From Betaproteobacteria bacterium (GTDB taxonomy: Bacteria > Pseudomonadota > Gammaproteobacteria > Burkholderiales > SG8-39), in contig JACPRN010000047.1 in assembly GCA_016189945.1 (NCBI GenBank), positions 1 through 44,693 of the forward strand: 44,693 nt of DNA. Reading direction: 5' to 3'. Below, piece after piece: positions 34,417-44,000 of the stretch. The notes below the pieces were generated by a model that saw nothing but the letters and a program-made list of their open reading frames with translations, did not search any database and was not told where the DNA came from. The position numbers and the translations under genes are program-made. Position 1 is the first letter of the stretch, and each line of letters begins with the position of its first letter.

Positions 34417-37353
34417 TCAGGTGCCGCCGAAAAGAAGACCTCCCGAGTCCGTTTCATCGCGCAGCGTTCCCCCCCGGCGCGACTTCGCCAGACGAACCGC
34501 GCCCTCGACCCGGGCCACCAGCTCGCGCCTCGCCACCGGCTTGACCAGATAGCCGTCGGCCGCGCGTCCGTCGAGGCGCGAATCTTCGCCGTCCCGGCCG
34601 GAGAGCAGCAGCACGGCGATCGCAGCCGTGCGCGCGTCGGCGCGCAGATGCGAGACGAGCGCGAAGCCATCCAGGCCCGGCATCGACACATCGGACACCA
34701 GCGCATCGGGCGGCTGCGTCCGGCAGGCTGCGAGCGCCGCATTGCCATCCGAGGCCGCCTCGACTTCGAAACCCGCATGTTCCAGCATTTGACTGAGACA
34801 GGAGCGCATGCCGGGGTCGTCGTCGACGATCATGACGCGGCCGCGGCTGCTCATGTGGGCACTCGCGGCGGCACGGCCGGAAGCGCTCGCCTGCGCCTCG
34901 TCCGCATGTCCCTCACCAGATACGCTGCCGGCGCTCCGGCCGAACACCCATCGCCCGAGGACTTGCCGCAGCGCGTCGCGCCGGATGGGCTTGGCGAGAT
35001 AGTCATCCATTCCGGCGGCGATGCACAATTCCCGGTCGCCTTTGATCGCGCTCGCGGTGAGCCCGATGATCGGCAGGCGCACAGGCTCTGCAGCCGCCGC
35101 CAGCTGCCGCGGACGCAGCAGCCGCCGGGCGCGGATTTGCGCCGTCGCATCAAATCCGTCCATCTCCGACATGTGGAGATCCATGAGCACGATGTCGAAC
35201 TGTTCCTTTTCCAAGGCGGCAAGGGTCTTGGCGCCGTTTTCGGCTATATGCACCTCGCAGTCGAGGGACTCGAGCATCGCTCGGGCCACGTCCTGGTTGA
35301 CCGGGTTGTCTTCGGCGAGCAGCACTCGAACGCCGCTAAACGCGCAGGGGCGGTTCGGATCGCCTGGAGTTCGCGCCGGCAGGCGCGCGCGCCGCAACGG
35401 CGGAGCGAGCCGCACCGTGAACCAGAATTCGGACCCCCGCCCCGGTGTGCTGCGCACGCCGATCCGCCCCCCCATTTTTTCGACCAGTTCCTTGGATATG
35501 GCAAGCCCGAGGCCGGTGCCGCCATAGCGCCGCGTGGTCGAGCTGTCGGCCTGCGTGAAGGCGTGAAACACGCGCTCCTGGGCCGACTCGGCGATGCCGA
35601 CGCCGGTGTCCACGACCGAAAAATGAAGCCAGATCGCGCCTTCGGAGGAAGGCCGGTCCAAGGCAGTGTCCGCAGCGTGATCGGCAGCGTCAACCCTTGA
35701 CACCTGGACTGCAACCCTGCCTCGATCGGTGAACTTGATGGCATTGCCGACAAGGTTTGTCAGAACCTGCCGCAATCGGAATGGCGCGCCACGCGCCGCA
35801 GCGGGAACCTCTGGTGCCACCCGGCAGATGAGGTCCAGCCCTTTCTTGTTTGCGCCCTCGGCCATCAACTGCCTCACTTCTTGGGTCAATTCGCGCGGGT
35901 TGAAGTCGATCGATTCCAGTTCGAGCTTGCCCGCTTCGATCTTGGAGAAGTCCAGAATGCGGTCGATGATCTCGAGCAGCGATTCGCCCGAGCGATGAAC
36001 CGTTTCGGCGAGACGCCGCTGCACCGGGGTGAGTTCGGTGTCCAGCAGCATCTCGGCCATCCCAAGCACCCCGTTCATGGGCGTGCGTATCTCGTGGCTC
36101 ACGTTCGCGAGAAACTGCGACTTCGCGCGGTTGGCCGCTTGGGCGGTCTCGGCGACGCGCAGCGCCTCCTCGGCCTTGCGCCGATCACTCATGTCGCGGA
36201 CGATGGCGGTAAAGATGGGCACCGCGCCGACGCTGAGCCTGCTCACCGAAAGCTCAAGGGGAAAATCCGAGCCGTCGCGGCGCTTCCCGACACTGTCGCC
36301 ACCCAGAATGCAGGGACCCGCCGAGTTGCGCCCGAAGAGCTTGCACAAGCGGGGATCTCCGATGCATTGGCTGCCCAGCACGCAGGGAGCACGCACAGGC
36401 GAGCCGCGCTCGCGGCTGGGGCCCGGCAGCCCGAGGCTCTCCGCCAACGCCGTTATCATCGAGCCGATATCCAGGCCGATGGCCTCAGCGGCGTCGTGGC
36501 CGAAAAGCTGTTCGGCGGCCTTGTTGAACGACAGGATCCGGCCGTGCGGATCGAACGTGACGATGCCTTCGGCCGCGGTGTCCAGAATTCCGCGCGTGCG
36601 CGCTTCCGCCTCCTGGAGGGCGTCCAGGTGGCGTTCCCTCTCCTCGGCGTCCGACTGCATCTGGCGCGCGATCTTGTGGCCGTAGAAGGTCGCGCCCAGG
36701 ACCATCAGCAGGATCGAAAAGCCGATGACGTACTCGAATTTCTGGATGTTCGCGGCGGCGGCCGTCTGTTGATTGAAATTCTGCTCCTGGATTGCGCCGA
36801 CCGCGCGGCGAAGCTCGAGCAGCGCCGTGTTCAGGCTAGCGTACTTGTGGTCCATGGTCGCCATGCGCTCGCCCGCCAGGTCCGGACGCCCCTTCTGGAA
36901 ATAATCGAATATCCGTCCGGCCTCGTCGACCATGTCGGCCTTTGCGAAGGCGATGCCATCGAGGCGCGCAAGCAGGGGCACCGCGACCTGCGAATCGAGA
37001 TTGGATTCCAGCTCGCGCCGCTGCTTCGCGAGCGTGAGGTCGAAGATCTGCTCGGCGGCACGCATTTCCGCCGATTCCTTGGCGACGTTTCGGTTATCGA
37101 AAACGTCGTTTCCGGGCCGGTTGACGTCGGCCGCCAGCTCGCCGAGGTTTGAATACGCCGCAACGCGTTCCGCCCAGACGCGATTCACCTCGACCGAGCG
37201 CGTGTAGATGCCCATGATCCGGTGGTTGAGATACAGGCCGGCGGAAACCGTCACTAGGTCGAATGCCGCGAGCACGTAGTAGACGTAACGCCATCTCGGC
37301 GACTTCACGTGCGCCACGGCATTCTGAGCTTGGGTGTGGATCAGTGCGCTCAT
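34417..37353 (-). CDS. Hybrid sensor histidine kinase with PAS domain and two receiver domains
   Basis: Frame of ORF 34417..37488. Start trimmed to ATG 37353 (MSALIHTQ), preceded by GAGAGG. Two TM segments around a helical sensor domain, a PAS domain, H-box VSHEIRTPMNGVLG, G-box GGTGLGLAISKEL, then receivers VLLAEDNPVNQ...MDLHMSEMDG and VMIVDDDPGM...SDVSMPGLDG. Confidence 0.9.
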   Translation of the reverse strand: MSALIHTQAQNAVAHVKSPRWRYVYYVLAAFDLVTVSAGLYLNHRIMGIYTRSVEVNRVWAERVAAYSNLGELAADVNRPGNDVFDNRNVAKESAEMRAAEQIFDLTLAKQRRELESNLDSQVAVPLLARLDGIAFAKADMVDEAGRIFDYFQKGRPDLAGERMATMDHKYASLNTALLELRRAVGAIQEQNFNQQTAAAANIQKFEYVIGFSILLMVLGATFYGHKIARQMQSDAEERERHLDALQEAEARTRGILDTAAEGIVTFDPHGRILSFNKAAEQLFGHDAAEAIGLDIGSMITALAESLGLPGPSRERGSPVRAPCVLGSQCIGDPRLCKLFGRNSAGPCILGGDSVGKRRDGSDFPLELSVSRLSVGAVPIFTAIVRDMSDRRKAEEALRVAETAQAANRAKSQFLANVSHEIRTPMNGVLGMAEMLLDTELTPVQRRLAETVHRSGESLLEIIDRILDFSKIEAGKLELESIDFNPRELTQEVRQLMAEGANKKGLDLICRVAPEVPAAARGAPFRLRQVLTNLVGNAIKFTDRGRVAVQVSRVDAADHAADTALDRPSSEGAIWLHFSVVDTGVGIAESAQERVFHAFTQADSSTTRRYGGTGLGLAISKELVEKMGGRIGVRSTPGRGSEFWFTVRLAPPLRRARLPARTPGDPNRPCAFSGVRVLLAEDNPVNQDVARAMLESLDCEVHIAENGAKTLAALEKEQFDIVLMDLHMSEMDGFDATAQIRARRLLRPRQLAAAAEPVRLPIIGLTASAIKGDRELCIAAGMDDYLAKPIRRDALRQVLGRWVFGRSAGSVSGEGHADEAQASASGRAAASAHMSSRGRVMIVDDDPGMRSCLSQMLEHAGFEVEAASDGNAALAACRTQPPDALVSDVSMPGLDGFALVSHLRADARTAAIAVLLLSGRDGEDSRLDGRAADGYLVKPVARRELVARVEGAVRLAKSRRGGTLRDETDSGGLLFGGT

Positions 37354-37558
37354 CGGCACCTCTCGCGAGGCGGGGAACCCCACGCTTGGTGAGCAATGCC
37401 GCAGTCTAGACAATGCAGCCCCGCCCTCGTAGTAGGGTTTGGCCGCAATGCTCATTAGGGGAGTTGTGTAGAATTGCCGCGAAAACACCCCGGAGATGCA
37501 GGATCACGGCGTCCGACAGCGCTTCTCGGACTTCGGTTGACCTCGCTTAACGACGCTC

Positions 37559-37578
37559 AAAAAGGGGGTCTGACCCCG
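37559..37578 (-). terminator. Weak candidate terminator after the small exported protein gene
   Basis: Minus-strand reading is GGGGT CAG ACCCC followed by CTTTTT, immediately after the stop at 37583. The stem is only 5 bp. Confidence 0.3.
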
Positions 37579-37582
37579 CGTC

Positions 37583-37864
37583 TCACCTGCGCCCTCTTTT
37601 TTCCGAGCCGCCGCGCTCGGGCCGCTCGCGGTAGACCTCGCGCCCGTGCTGAGTCACGTCGCGCCGCAATTGACGGCGTTCCTCGGGCGACATGCGCTCG
37701 TGTTCGCGCGCACGTTCCGGCGCACCGGAGGCGCCGCGCGGCGGGGCGAACCAGCCCGGCGGGGCAGCCTGTCCTCCACGCTGGCCGCCCTGCTGCTGCT
37801 GCGCCTGCACCGGCCAGCACGCCGCCAGCAGAATCGCGAGCATGCCTACGGTCCGGAATTTCAC
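37583..37864 (-). CDS. Small exported Gln/Arg-rich protein (93 aa)
   Basis: Frame of ORF 37583..38077. GTG 37864 lies 4 nt after AAGGAGG. Signal peptide VKFRTVGMLAILLAACWPVQA, then QQQQGGQRGG...RMSPEERRQLRRDV. No family recognised. Confidence 0.6.
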   Translation of the reverse strand: MKFRTVGMLAILLAACWPVQAQQQQGGQRGGQAAPPGWFAPPRGASGAPERAREHERMSPEERRQLRRDVTQHGREVYRERPERGGSEKRGRR

Positions 37865-38126
37865 GGGTCCTCCTTTTCGGGCTCTCAAGCCCGCCGTTGC
37901 CGCCTCGCGGCGGTGACTATCGCCCTGCGGCCTGCCGGTCATTATGCCGCGGATCGCGCCCGCGGCGCCATCGCCCGGCAGACCACCCGCAATAAGATAA
38001 AGTCCACACGTGAATGATCTGTGTAGGCCGGCGTCCTGTCTGTAAGAAATTGTTTCCATTGCGGCCTGGGTAACCAATTGTTACGCCTCGCTTTGAGCGC
38101 GGCGGCTTGCCGGCTACCATAGCGGT

Positions 38127-38858
38127 ATGTCGGAGCACAAACCCAGGATCCTGGTCGTCGATGACGACTTGCGCTTGCGCGACCTGCTGCAGCGCTACTT
38201 GAGCGCGCAGGGCTTTGCCGTGTCGGCCGTGGCCGAGGCGGCGAGCATGGACAAGGTCCTGGCGCGCGAGCGTTTCGACCTCCTGGTACTCGACCTGATG
38301 CTCCCCGGCGAGGACGGACTCTCGGTGTGCCGGCGGCTGCGCGGCGCGAATGACGCGATTCCGATCATCATGCTCACCGCCAAAGGCGAGGAAGTCGACC
38401 GCATCATCGGCCTGGAGATGGGTGCCGACGATTACCTTCCCAAGCCCTTCAATCCGCGCGAACTGGTGGCGCGCATCAACGCCGTGCTGCGGCGGCGCGC
38501 CGCGCCGCTGCCGCCCGGGGCGCCCGCGGCCAGCGCCGAGTCGGTGTCCTTCGGCGGCATGACGGTCAATCTCGCCACGCGAACCCTGGAGCGCGACGGC
38601 AAGACCGTTTCCCTCACCACCGGCGAATTCGCCCTGCTCAAGGTGCTGGTGACCCATCCGCGAACGCCGCTGTCGCGCGACAAGCTGATGGAGCTCGCGC
38701 GCGGCCGCGAATACGACGTGTTCGACCGCTCCATCGACGTGCAGGTGTCGCGTCTGCGCAAGCTCATTGAGCGCGATGCCGCCAGGCCGGCATTCATACA
38801 GACCGTGTGGGGCTTCGGCTACGTCTTCGTCCCCGACGGAGGCAGCCAGGCGAAATGA
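38127..38858 (+). CDS. ompR: Osmolarity response regulator OmpR
   Basis: Near-colinear with enterobacterial OmpR as recalled: ILVVDDDLRLRDLLQRYL, DLMLPGEDGLSVCRRLR, PKPFNPRELVARINAVLRR, SRDKLMELARGREYDVFDRSIDVQVSRLRK, IQTVWGFGYVFVPDG. Confidence 0.95.
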   Translation: MSEHKPRILVVDDDLRLRDLLQRYLSAQGFAVSAVAEAASMDKVLARERFDLLVLDLMLPGEDGLSVCRRLRGANDAIPIIMLTAKGEEVDRIIGLEMGADDYLPKPFNPRELVARINAVLRRRAAPLPPGAPAASAESVSFGGMTVNLATRTLERDGKTVSLTTGEFALLKVLVTHPRTPLSRDKLMELARGREYDVFDRSIDVQVSRLRKLIERDAARPAFIQTVWGFGYVFVPDGGSQAK

Positions 38859-40162
38859 GGCTGCGGCCGCGCTCCCTGCTGTGGCGCACTTTCCTGCTGC
38901 TCGCCGCGCTCGTGGTGCTCACCACCGCGGCATGGTTCGAAATCTTCCGGGCGTACGAAATCGAGCCGCGCGCGCGCCAGGTGGCGCAGAACATGGTCTC
39001 GGTCGTAAACCTCACGCGCGCGGCGCTCGTGACCGCACAGCCCGAGAAGCGCCGCGAGCTGCTGCAGGAACTGGCGCAGCGCGAGGCAATTCAGGTTTAT
39101 CCCTCGGAGGATGGAGAATCAATCGTCGCGCTTTCGGACCGGCCGCTGCTGCGCTTGGTGAGCGAGCGGGTGCGCGAGGAGCTTGGGCAGGAGACGCGCT
39201 TTGCCTCCAGCCGCGAAGGCCTGCGCGGCTTCTGGGTGACCTTTCGCATCGACGACGACGAATACTGGGTGCGCGTGCCGCGCGAGCGGCTGGAGCGCCC
39301 GATCGCGATCCAGTGGCTCGGGTGGGGAACTCTGGCGCTCGCGCTGTCGCTCCTGGCGGCCTATTTCATCGTCACGCGCATCAACCGCCCTTTGCGGGCG
39401 CTCGCTCTGGCCGCGGCGCAGATCGGCAAGGGCAGGCGGCCCGCGCCGCTGCCGGAATCGGGGCCCGATGAGATCCGCACGCTCTCGCGCGCATTCAACC
39501 AGATGTCGAGCGGTCTCGCCCGCCTGGACGAGGACCGCGCGCTGATTCTCGCCGGCGTCTCGCATGATCTGCGCACGCCGCTTGCGCGCCTGCGGCTGGG
39601 CCTGGAGATGAGCGGCGGCGACGAGCAGATGCGCCAGGGGATGAACGCCGATATCGAGGAGATGGACCGCATCATCGAGCAGTTTCTCGATTTTGCGCGC
39701 GCCGACGGCGGCGAGGCTCCCGAGCTGGCGCAGCTTTCCTCGCTCGCCGCGGCGAGCGCCGACCATCACATGAAGCTCGGCCACGCGCTTGCGGCCGACT
39801 GCAACCCCACGCCGCCGATCCCGCTCAAGCCCAAGGCCATGCACCGCGCCATCTCGAACCTCATCGACAATGCGCTGCGTTACGGCGGGGGCGAGGTGAA
39901 GCTGACCACGCGCGAGGAGCGCGGGAATTCGGTGCTCGAAGTGCACGACCGCGGCCCCGGAATCCCGGAGGGAGAAGCCGAGCGTCTGAAGCAGCCGTTC
40001 ACGCGCCTGGAGGCGTCGAGGAGCGGCCACAGCGGCTCCGGGCTCGGGTTGGCGATCGTCGATCGCATCGTGCGCGCCCACGGCGGGCGCTTCGATCTGC
40101 TCGCGCGCTCAGGCGGGGGCTTGACCGCGCGCATCGTGCTGCCGCTTGCGCGGGGAGGGTGA
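38855..40162 (+). CDS. envZ: Osmosensor histidine kinase EnvZ
   Basis: Frame of ORF 38807..40162. ATG 38855 overlaps the ompR stop (ATGA). HAMP region RAFNQMSSGLARLDEDR, H-box AGVSHDLRTPLARLRL, G-box GSGLGLAIVDRIV. Confidence 0.9.
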   Translation: MRLRPRSLLWRTFLLLAALVVLTTAAWFEIFRAYEIEPRARQVAQNMVSVVNLTRAALVTAQPEKRRELLQELAQREAIQVYPSEDGESIVALSDRPLLRLVSERVREELGQETRFASSREGLRGFWVTFRIDDDEYWVRVPRERLERPIAIQWLGWGTLALALSLLAAYFIVTRINRPLRALALAAAQIGKGRRPAPLPESGPDEIRTLSRAFNQMSSGLARLDEDRALILAGVSHDLRTPLARLRLGLEMSGGDEQMRQGMNADIEEMDRIIEQFLDFARADGGEAPELAQLSSLAAASADHHMKLGHALAADCNPTPPIPLKPKAMHRAISNLIDNALRYGGGEVKLTTREERGNSVLEVHDRGPGIPEGEAERLKQPFTRLEASRSGHSGSGLGLAIVDRIVRAHGGRFDLLARSGGGLTARIVLPLARGG

Positions 40163-40192
40163 GCGGCGAATGGCGCCTCAGCGGCTTGCGCG

Positions 40193-40295
40193 GCTGAGGA
40201 TTCCGGCAGAGATTTCGGCGCTGCATTGGTCTCGTGTTTTGGCGCAGTTGCAAAGGCGCAACTGCGCCAAAACACGAGATTGAAGAAAGGCAAAG
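40193..40295 (-). repeat. Structured intergenic element, copy 7 (reverse orientation)
   Basis: Perfect 22-bp-arm palindrome 40230-40279 (tctcgtgttttggcgcagttgc aaaggc gcaactgcgccaaaacacgaga), followed by ttgaagaaaggcaaag. The TTGAC end is degenerate (ctgagg at 40193-40198). Confidence 0.9.
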
Positions 40296-40329
40296 CCGGG
40301 CTTGTCGGTACCGCCTCGCCGGGCTTGCG

Positions 40330-41061
40330 CTACTGCACCGCGCACTCGTTCTCTTTGGCTTTGCCCACGCCGCGGCCGGCGCCGGCATTGCGGCTGATGG
40401 CGACCGGCATGGTCACCTGGATTCCCTGCTGCGGCGGTACGATCACCGGCGCCGTTGTCGCGCTGCGAACAAAGCCGAACTGGCCGCTTGCGATCACCTG
40501 CTGGCCGGCGGGGTTCTGCACCACGATGGCCCCGTCGGTGACATCCACGTGCAGTCCGTTTTCCGGCGGCTTGCCGGTGATGGTGGGCACTCCGAGGCAG
40601 TCGTTCTGGCACAAGAGCGCCCCGAAATGGGTGCCGCGAATGCCGATGGTGGCAGTCGCGGTAGCGAAATTGACCGAGTTGCGGCTGCGCCTGCCGATGA
40701 GGCCTGTGACCGCGCGCAAGCCTCCCTTGAGCATGTTCAGCACCACGTTGTCCGATTCGGGCTTGGCCTGATCAAACGCATAGGCCTCGACCTTGAGCTG
40801 CGTGCCCGGCCGCAGCACCACTTCGCCGTTGTCGGCGAACTTGATCCGCGCATAGGTTTCCTGCTCGGTGGTGAGGGTATCACCCTCGCCCACTTCGGAC
40901 TTCACCGCCAGCACCCTGCTGGTGCCGTCAGGGCGCTTGACCGTGAGAAGTCCCGACAGATGCGTGATCTGGCCCACCGTGCCCGCCGCATGGACGAAGC
41001 CGCCCGGAAAAGCCGTCCCCGCGAGCAGCAGCCCGGCCAGCGTGATCGCGTGTTTGGACAT
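40330..41061 (-). CDS. FecR-domain exported protein
   Basis: Frame of ORF 40330..41085. Start at ATG 41061 (MSKHAITLAGLLLAGTAFPGGFVHA signal peptide). FecR-like beta-rich core GDTLTTEQETYARIKFADNGEVVLRPGTQLKV. Starts 14 nt after the exoprotein stop. Confidence 0.8.
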   Translation of the reverse strand: MSKHAITLAGLLLAGTAFPGGFVHAAGTVGQITHLSGLLTVKRPDGTSRVLAVKSEVGEGDTLTTEQETYARIKFADNGEVVLRPGTQLKVEAYAFDQAKPESDNVVLNMLKGGLRAVTGLIGRRSRNSVNFATATATIGIRGTHFGALLCQNDCLGVPTITGKPPENGLHVDVTDGAIVVQNPAGQQVIASGQFGFVRSATTAPVIVPPQQGIQVTMPVAISRNAGAGRGVGKAKENECAVQ

Positions 41062-41075
41062 CGTCGTTTCTCGGC

Positions 41076-44000
41076 TCAGTTGCATACCGGGGCCTTCTTG
41101 GCTGCGGCCTTCTTGTCTTCTTTCTTCGCCGTGGTTTCCTGTTCTTTCTTCTTCTTCTCGTCGTCTTTCTTGGCCTCGTCTTTCTTCGCCTCTTCCTTCT
41201 TCGCCTCGGCCGCCTTGTCCTCGATGGGCTTGATTGCCGCGGTCTTCTCAACGGCGGGTTTCTCGCCTTCGGCGCTTGGAGCGGGAGCCGCCGCAGCCGG
41301 AGTCAGGCTGCCGCCAAACGTCCCCTCGGTACCGCCGATGGTCATGCCGGTGTCGGTCAGCGTCAGCAGACCGGTTGGGCTAATACTCGACGGCACCGGC
41401 GCAGGCGGCGGCGCTGTTTCCGCGGCTGCCTTGGCCGGTTTCTGCTCCGAGGCTGCCACGATCGTGGTCACGACCTGGCTCGCCACCAGTACAGTCGCCT
41501 TGGGCTGGATCTCCAACACCTCCTCGCCGGTGTTCACCTTGCCGGTAATCACGTCCCGGATGGCGTAATCGCCCTCGATCTTCTCTACCAACGAGGAAAC
41601 CTGCGTGCTCAGGTAGGCGTTGCCGCGCGCCGCAATGAGCGCGCTCTCACCGATCAAATTGGCGCCGTCAAAGCCCGCTGCCACAGTGATGTTGCCGCCG
41701 GCATCCACGCTCACCGCGCCGCTTCCCGCATTCAGGCTGGTCAGGACGATGTTCCCGCTCGGCGCCGCATAAGCGATGGCCCCGCCGTTGGTACTGGTCG
41801 TCGCACCCAGCGCCATCACGATGTCGCCTGCTTGCGCCGTCGCCGTAACGCCGCAGCCCCCGGTGCTAACGTTTGCGCTCTGACTGATGCCGTCCGCGGC
41901 GAACAGCGTGACCGAACCCGTGCTGGCGGTGGTGCTGATGGGTCCTGAGATGGTCAGAAGATCGTTGGAAGCGGAAGTCGCCCCCGCAACAAGCGAGATG
42001 CTGCCGCCGGCAGAAACTCCGCCCGTGCCGATCGCGAGCGGGCTTCCGGCCTGGATCGACACCGAGCCGTTGGGCGCGCTGATCGCGCCCGTCGTGGTCA
42101 CGGCACCGGTGTTGTCCACGGTGATATTGCCGTTCGCGTTGCCGATACCGGCAATCGTGAGCGTTCCGCTGTTGGTGAGCACGACATTGCCGCTGCCGCT
42201 GTTGGTTGCGCTGAAGCTGCCGATCCTGTTGCCCGCGTCGGCGAGCGAAGTCCCGGCGAGCGACTGGGTGATCAGCGACGACGCAACAAGCGGCGCACTC
42301 TGGGTGATCGCCCCGTTCTGCGCCGTGAGCATCACCGCCGGCGCGGAGAGGCTGCCGACCTGCAGGTTGCCCGTCGCTTGCGTGATCGCCGCGGTTCCGC
42401 CAACGGCGATCGTGCCGCCGGTCTGGCTGAAGCTGCCACTGACGTTCAAGGTGCCGTTGCCCGCGAGTGCGCCGCCGCTTTGCGCATACCCGGTGGTGCT
42501 CAAGGCCCCGCCGATGGCGAGCGTTCCGCCGGCCAAGGCGAGAGTCTGCGCGCTGTTGAGATTTTGCAGGTTCGTACTCCCGGCGGTGGCATCGTAGATC
42601 ACCTGGCCGCTGCCCGAAGGAATGGAAACCGCGAGCACGTTCGAGCCGTCGGGGAGGGCATCCCAGTTGGCGGGATTGCTCCAGAGGCTGTTCGCGCTGC
42701 CGGTCCAGGTCGAAAGCGGGCGCACGGTGATGTTCCCTGTCGTGCTCGCGCTGGTGCTCGCCGGCGCGTAATTGCCGGCGTCTGCGCCGCTCAAGGCAAT
42801 GCCGCTCACCGTAACCGCTTTGCCGGTGCCGGCGTTCTTGTCCGCAAACGCCGCAGAGGCGTAGGTCGGTGTTAGCGCGTCGCCGGCAAAGCGGTTATCC
42901 GATAAGTTGGCGCTCGCGATCGTGGTGCCGTCGTAGTTGCGATTGACACCGCTCGCAGTCACGGTCAGCGCTGCCGGCGTGATGTTCGCAGTCGCCGTAG
43001 CCGCAGTGTTGAAGCTGTAGTTGCCCGCGTCGGTGCCCGTCACGGTGATGCCGCTGACGCTGACGGGCTTGCCGGTGCCGGCATTCTTGTCCGCGAATGC
43101 CGCCGAGCCGTAGGCAAGCGCGAGCGCGTCGCCGGCGAAGCGGTTGTCCGCGAGATTGACGGTAGCTCCGGTCGTCGCGTCGTAAGTGCGATTGACCCCC
43201 GCGGCGCTCACCGCGAGCGGGGCCTTGGTGATATCCGCGGAAAGTCCGGTGGGGTTGGCGACCGTGTAATTGCCCGCGTCGGCGCCGGAAAGCGCGGTAC
43301 CTGTGACCGTCACCGGCTTCGCAGTGGCGACATTCTTGTCGGCAAAGCTGCCGCTACCGATGTTGAGCGCGACGGCATCGCCCGCAAACACGCCGACCAG
43401 GGAAGCCGCAGTGGAATCGAGCGGCGCAGCGGTGCTCGCGTCATAGACGCGGTTCTTGGCCGTTACTCCGCTCACGCTCAGGCCGAAAGGCGTGATGCTG
43501 CCGCTCGCGGTCGCCGTGGTAACAGCGTAGTTCGAGCCGGCAGCCACCGGATGGCCGTCGCTGACACTGTAGCCGGAGTTGACGGACAAGGTGCGGGCTC
43601 CGGCGTTTTTCGAATCGAACGCCTGCCCGGCCGAAGTGAAGCTGTCTTCGCCGACGAGGCCGGCGGCAGTGACCGTCCCGGTCGAGTTGGTCGTGGCGTC
43701 GTAGACCTTGCTGTCGGGAGCGGCCGAGAGCAGCAGCGGTCTCGGCGTGATCTCGCCGACCGCGCCGCTTGCGGTGGTGCTCGCGAGCTGGTAGCCGTAG
43801 ACGGTTGCAGCGCCGTTGCTCGCGCCCGTCAGCGCGACCGTTGTGGAGACGCTCTTGCTCGAACCGGTGTGCCGGTCGGCGTAGCTCCCAGTCGTTGGAT
43901 TGTCGAGCGCGATAGTATCGCCGTCGAGCGCGCCCGAGACCGCGAAGTTGCTCGCCGCGAGCGTCGCTGCAGTCGTGCCATCGTACACTTTGCTCACCGT

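Noticed and set aside
38925-38950. tRNA-like GGTTCGAAATC motif.
   Set aside because: It lies inside the envZ coding frame (AWFEIF) with no acceptor or anticodon stems around it. I found no tRNA cloverleaf anywhere in the window.
2111-40295. Reading the seven repeats as a CRISPR array or as integron attC sites.
   Set aside because: The copies are kilobases apart in unrelated intergenic regions on both orientations, not in a repeat-spacer array. No cas or intI gene is present. The end motif GTCAA does not fit the RYYYAAC/GTTRRRY cores, and the flanking genes are operonic core-type genes, not cassettes.
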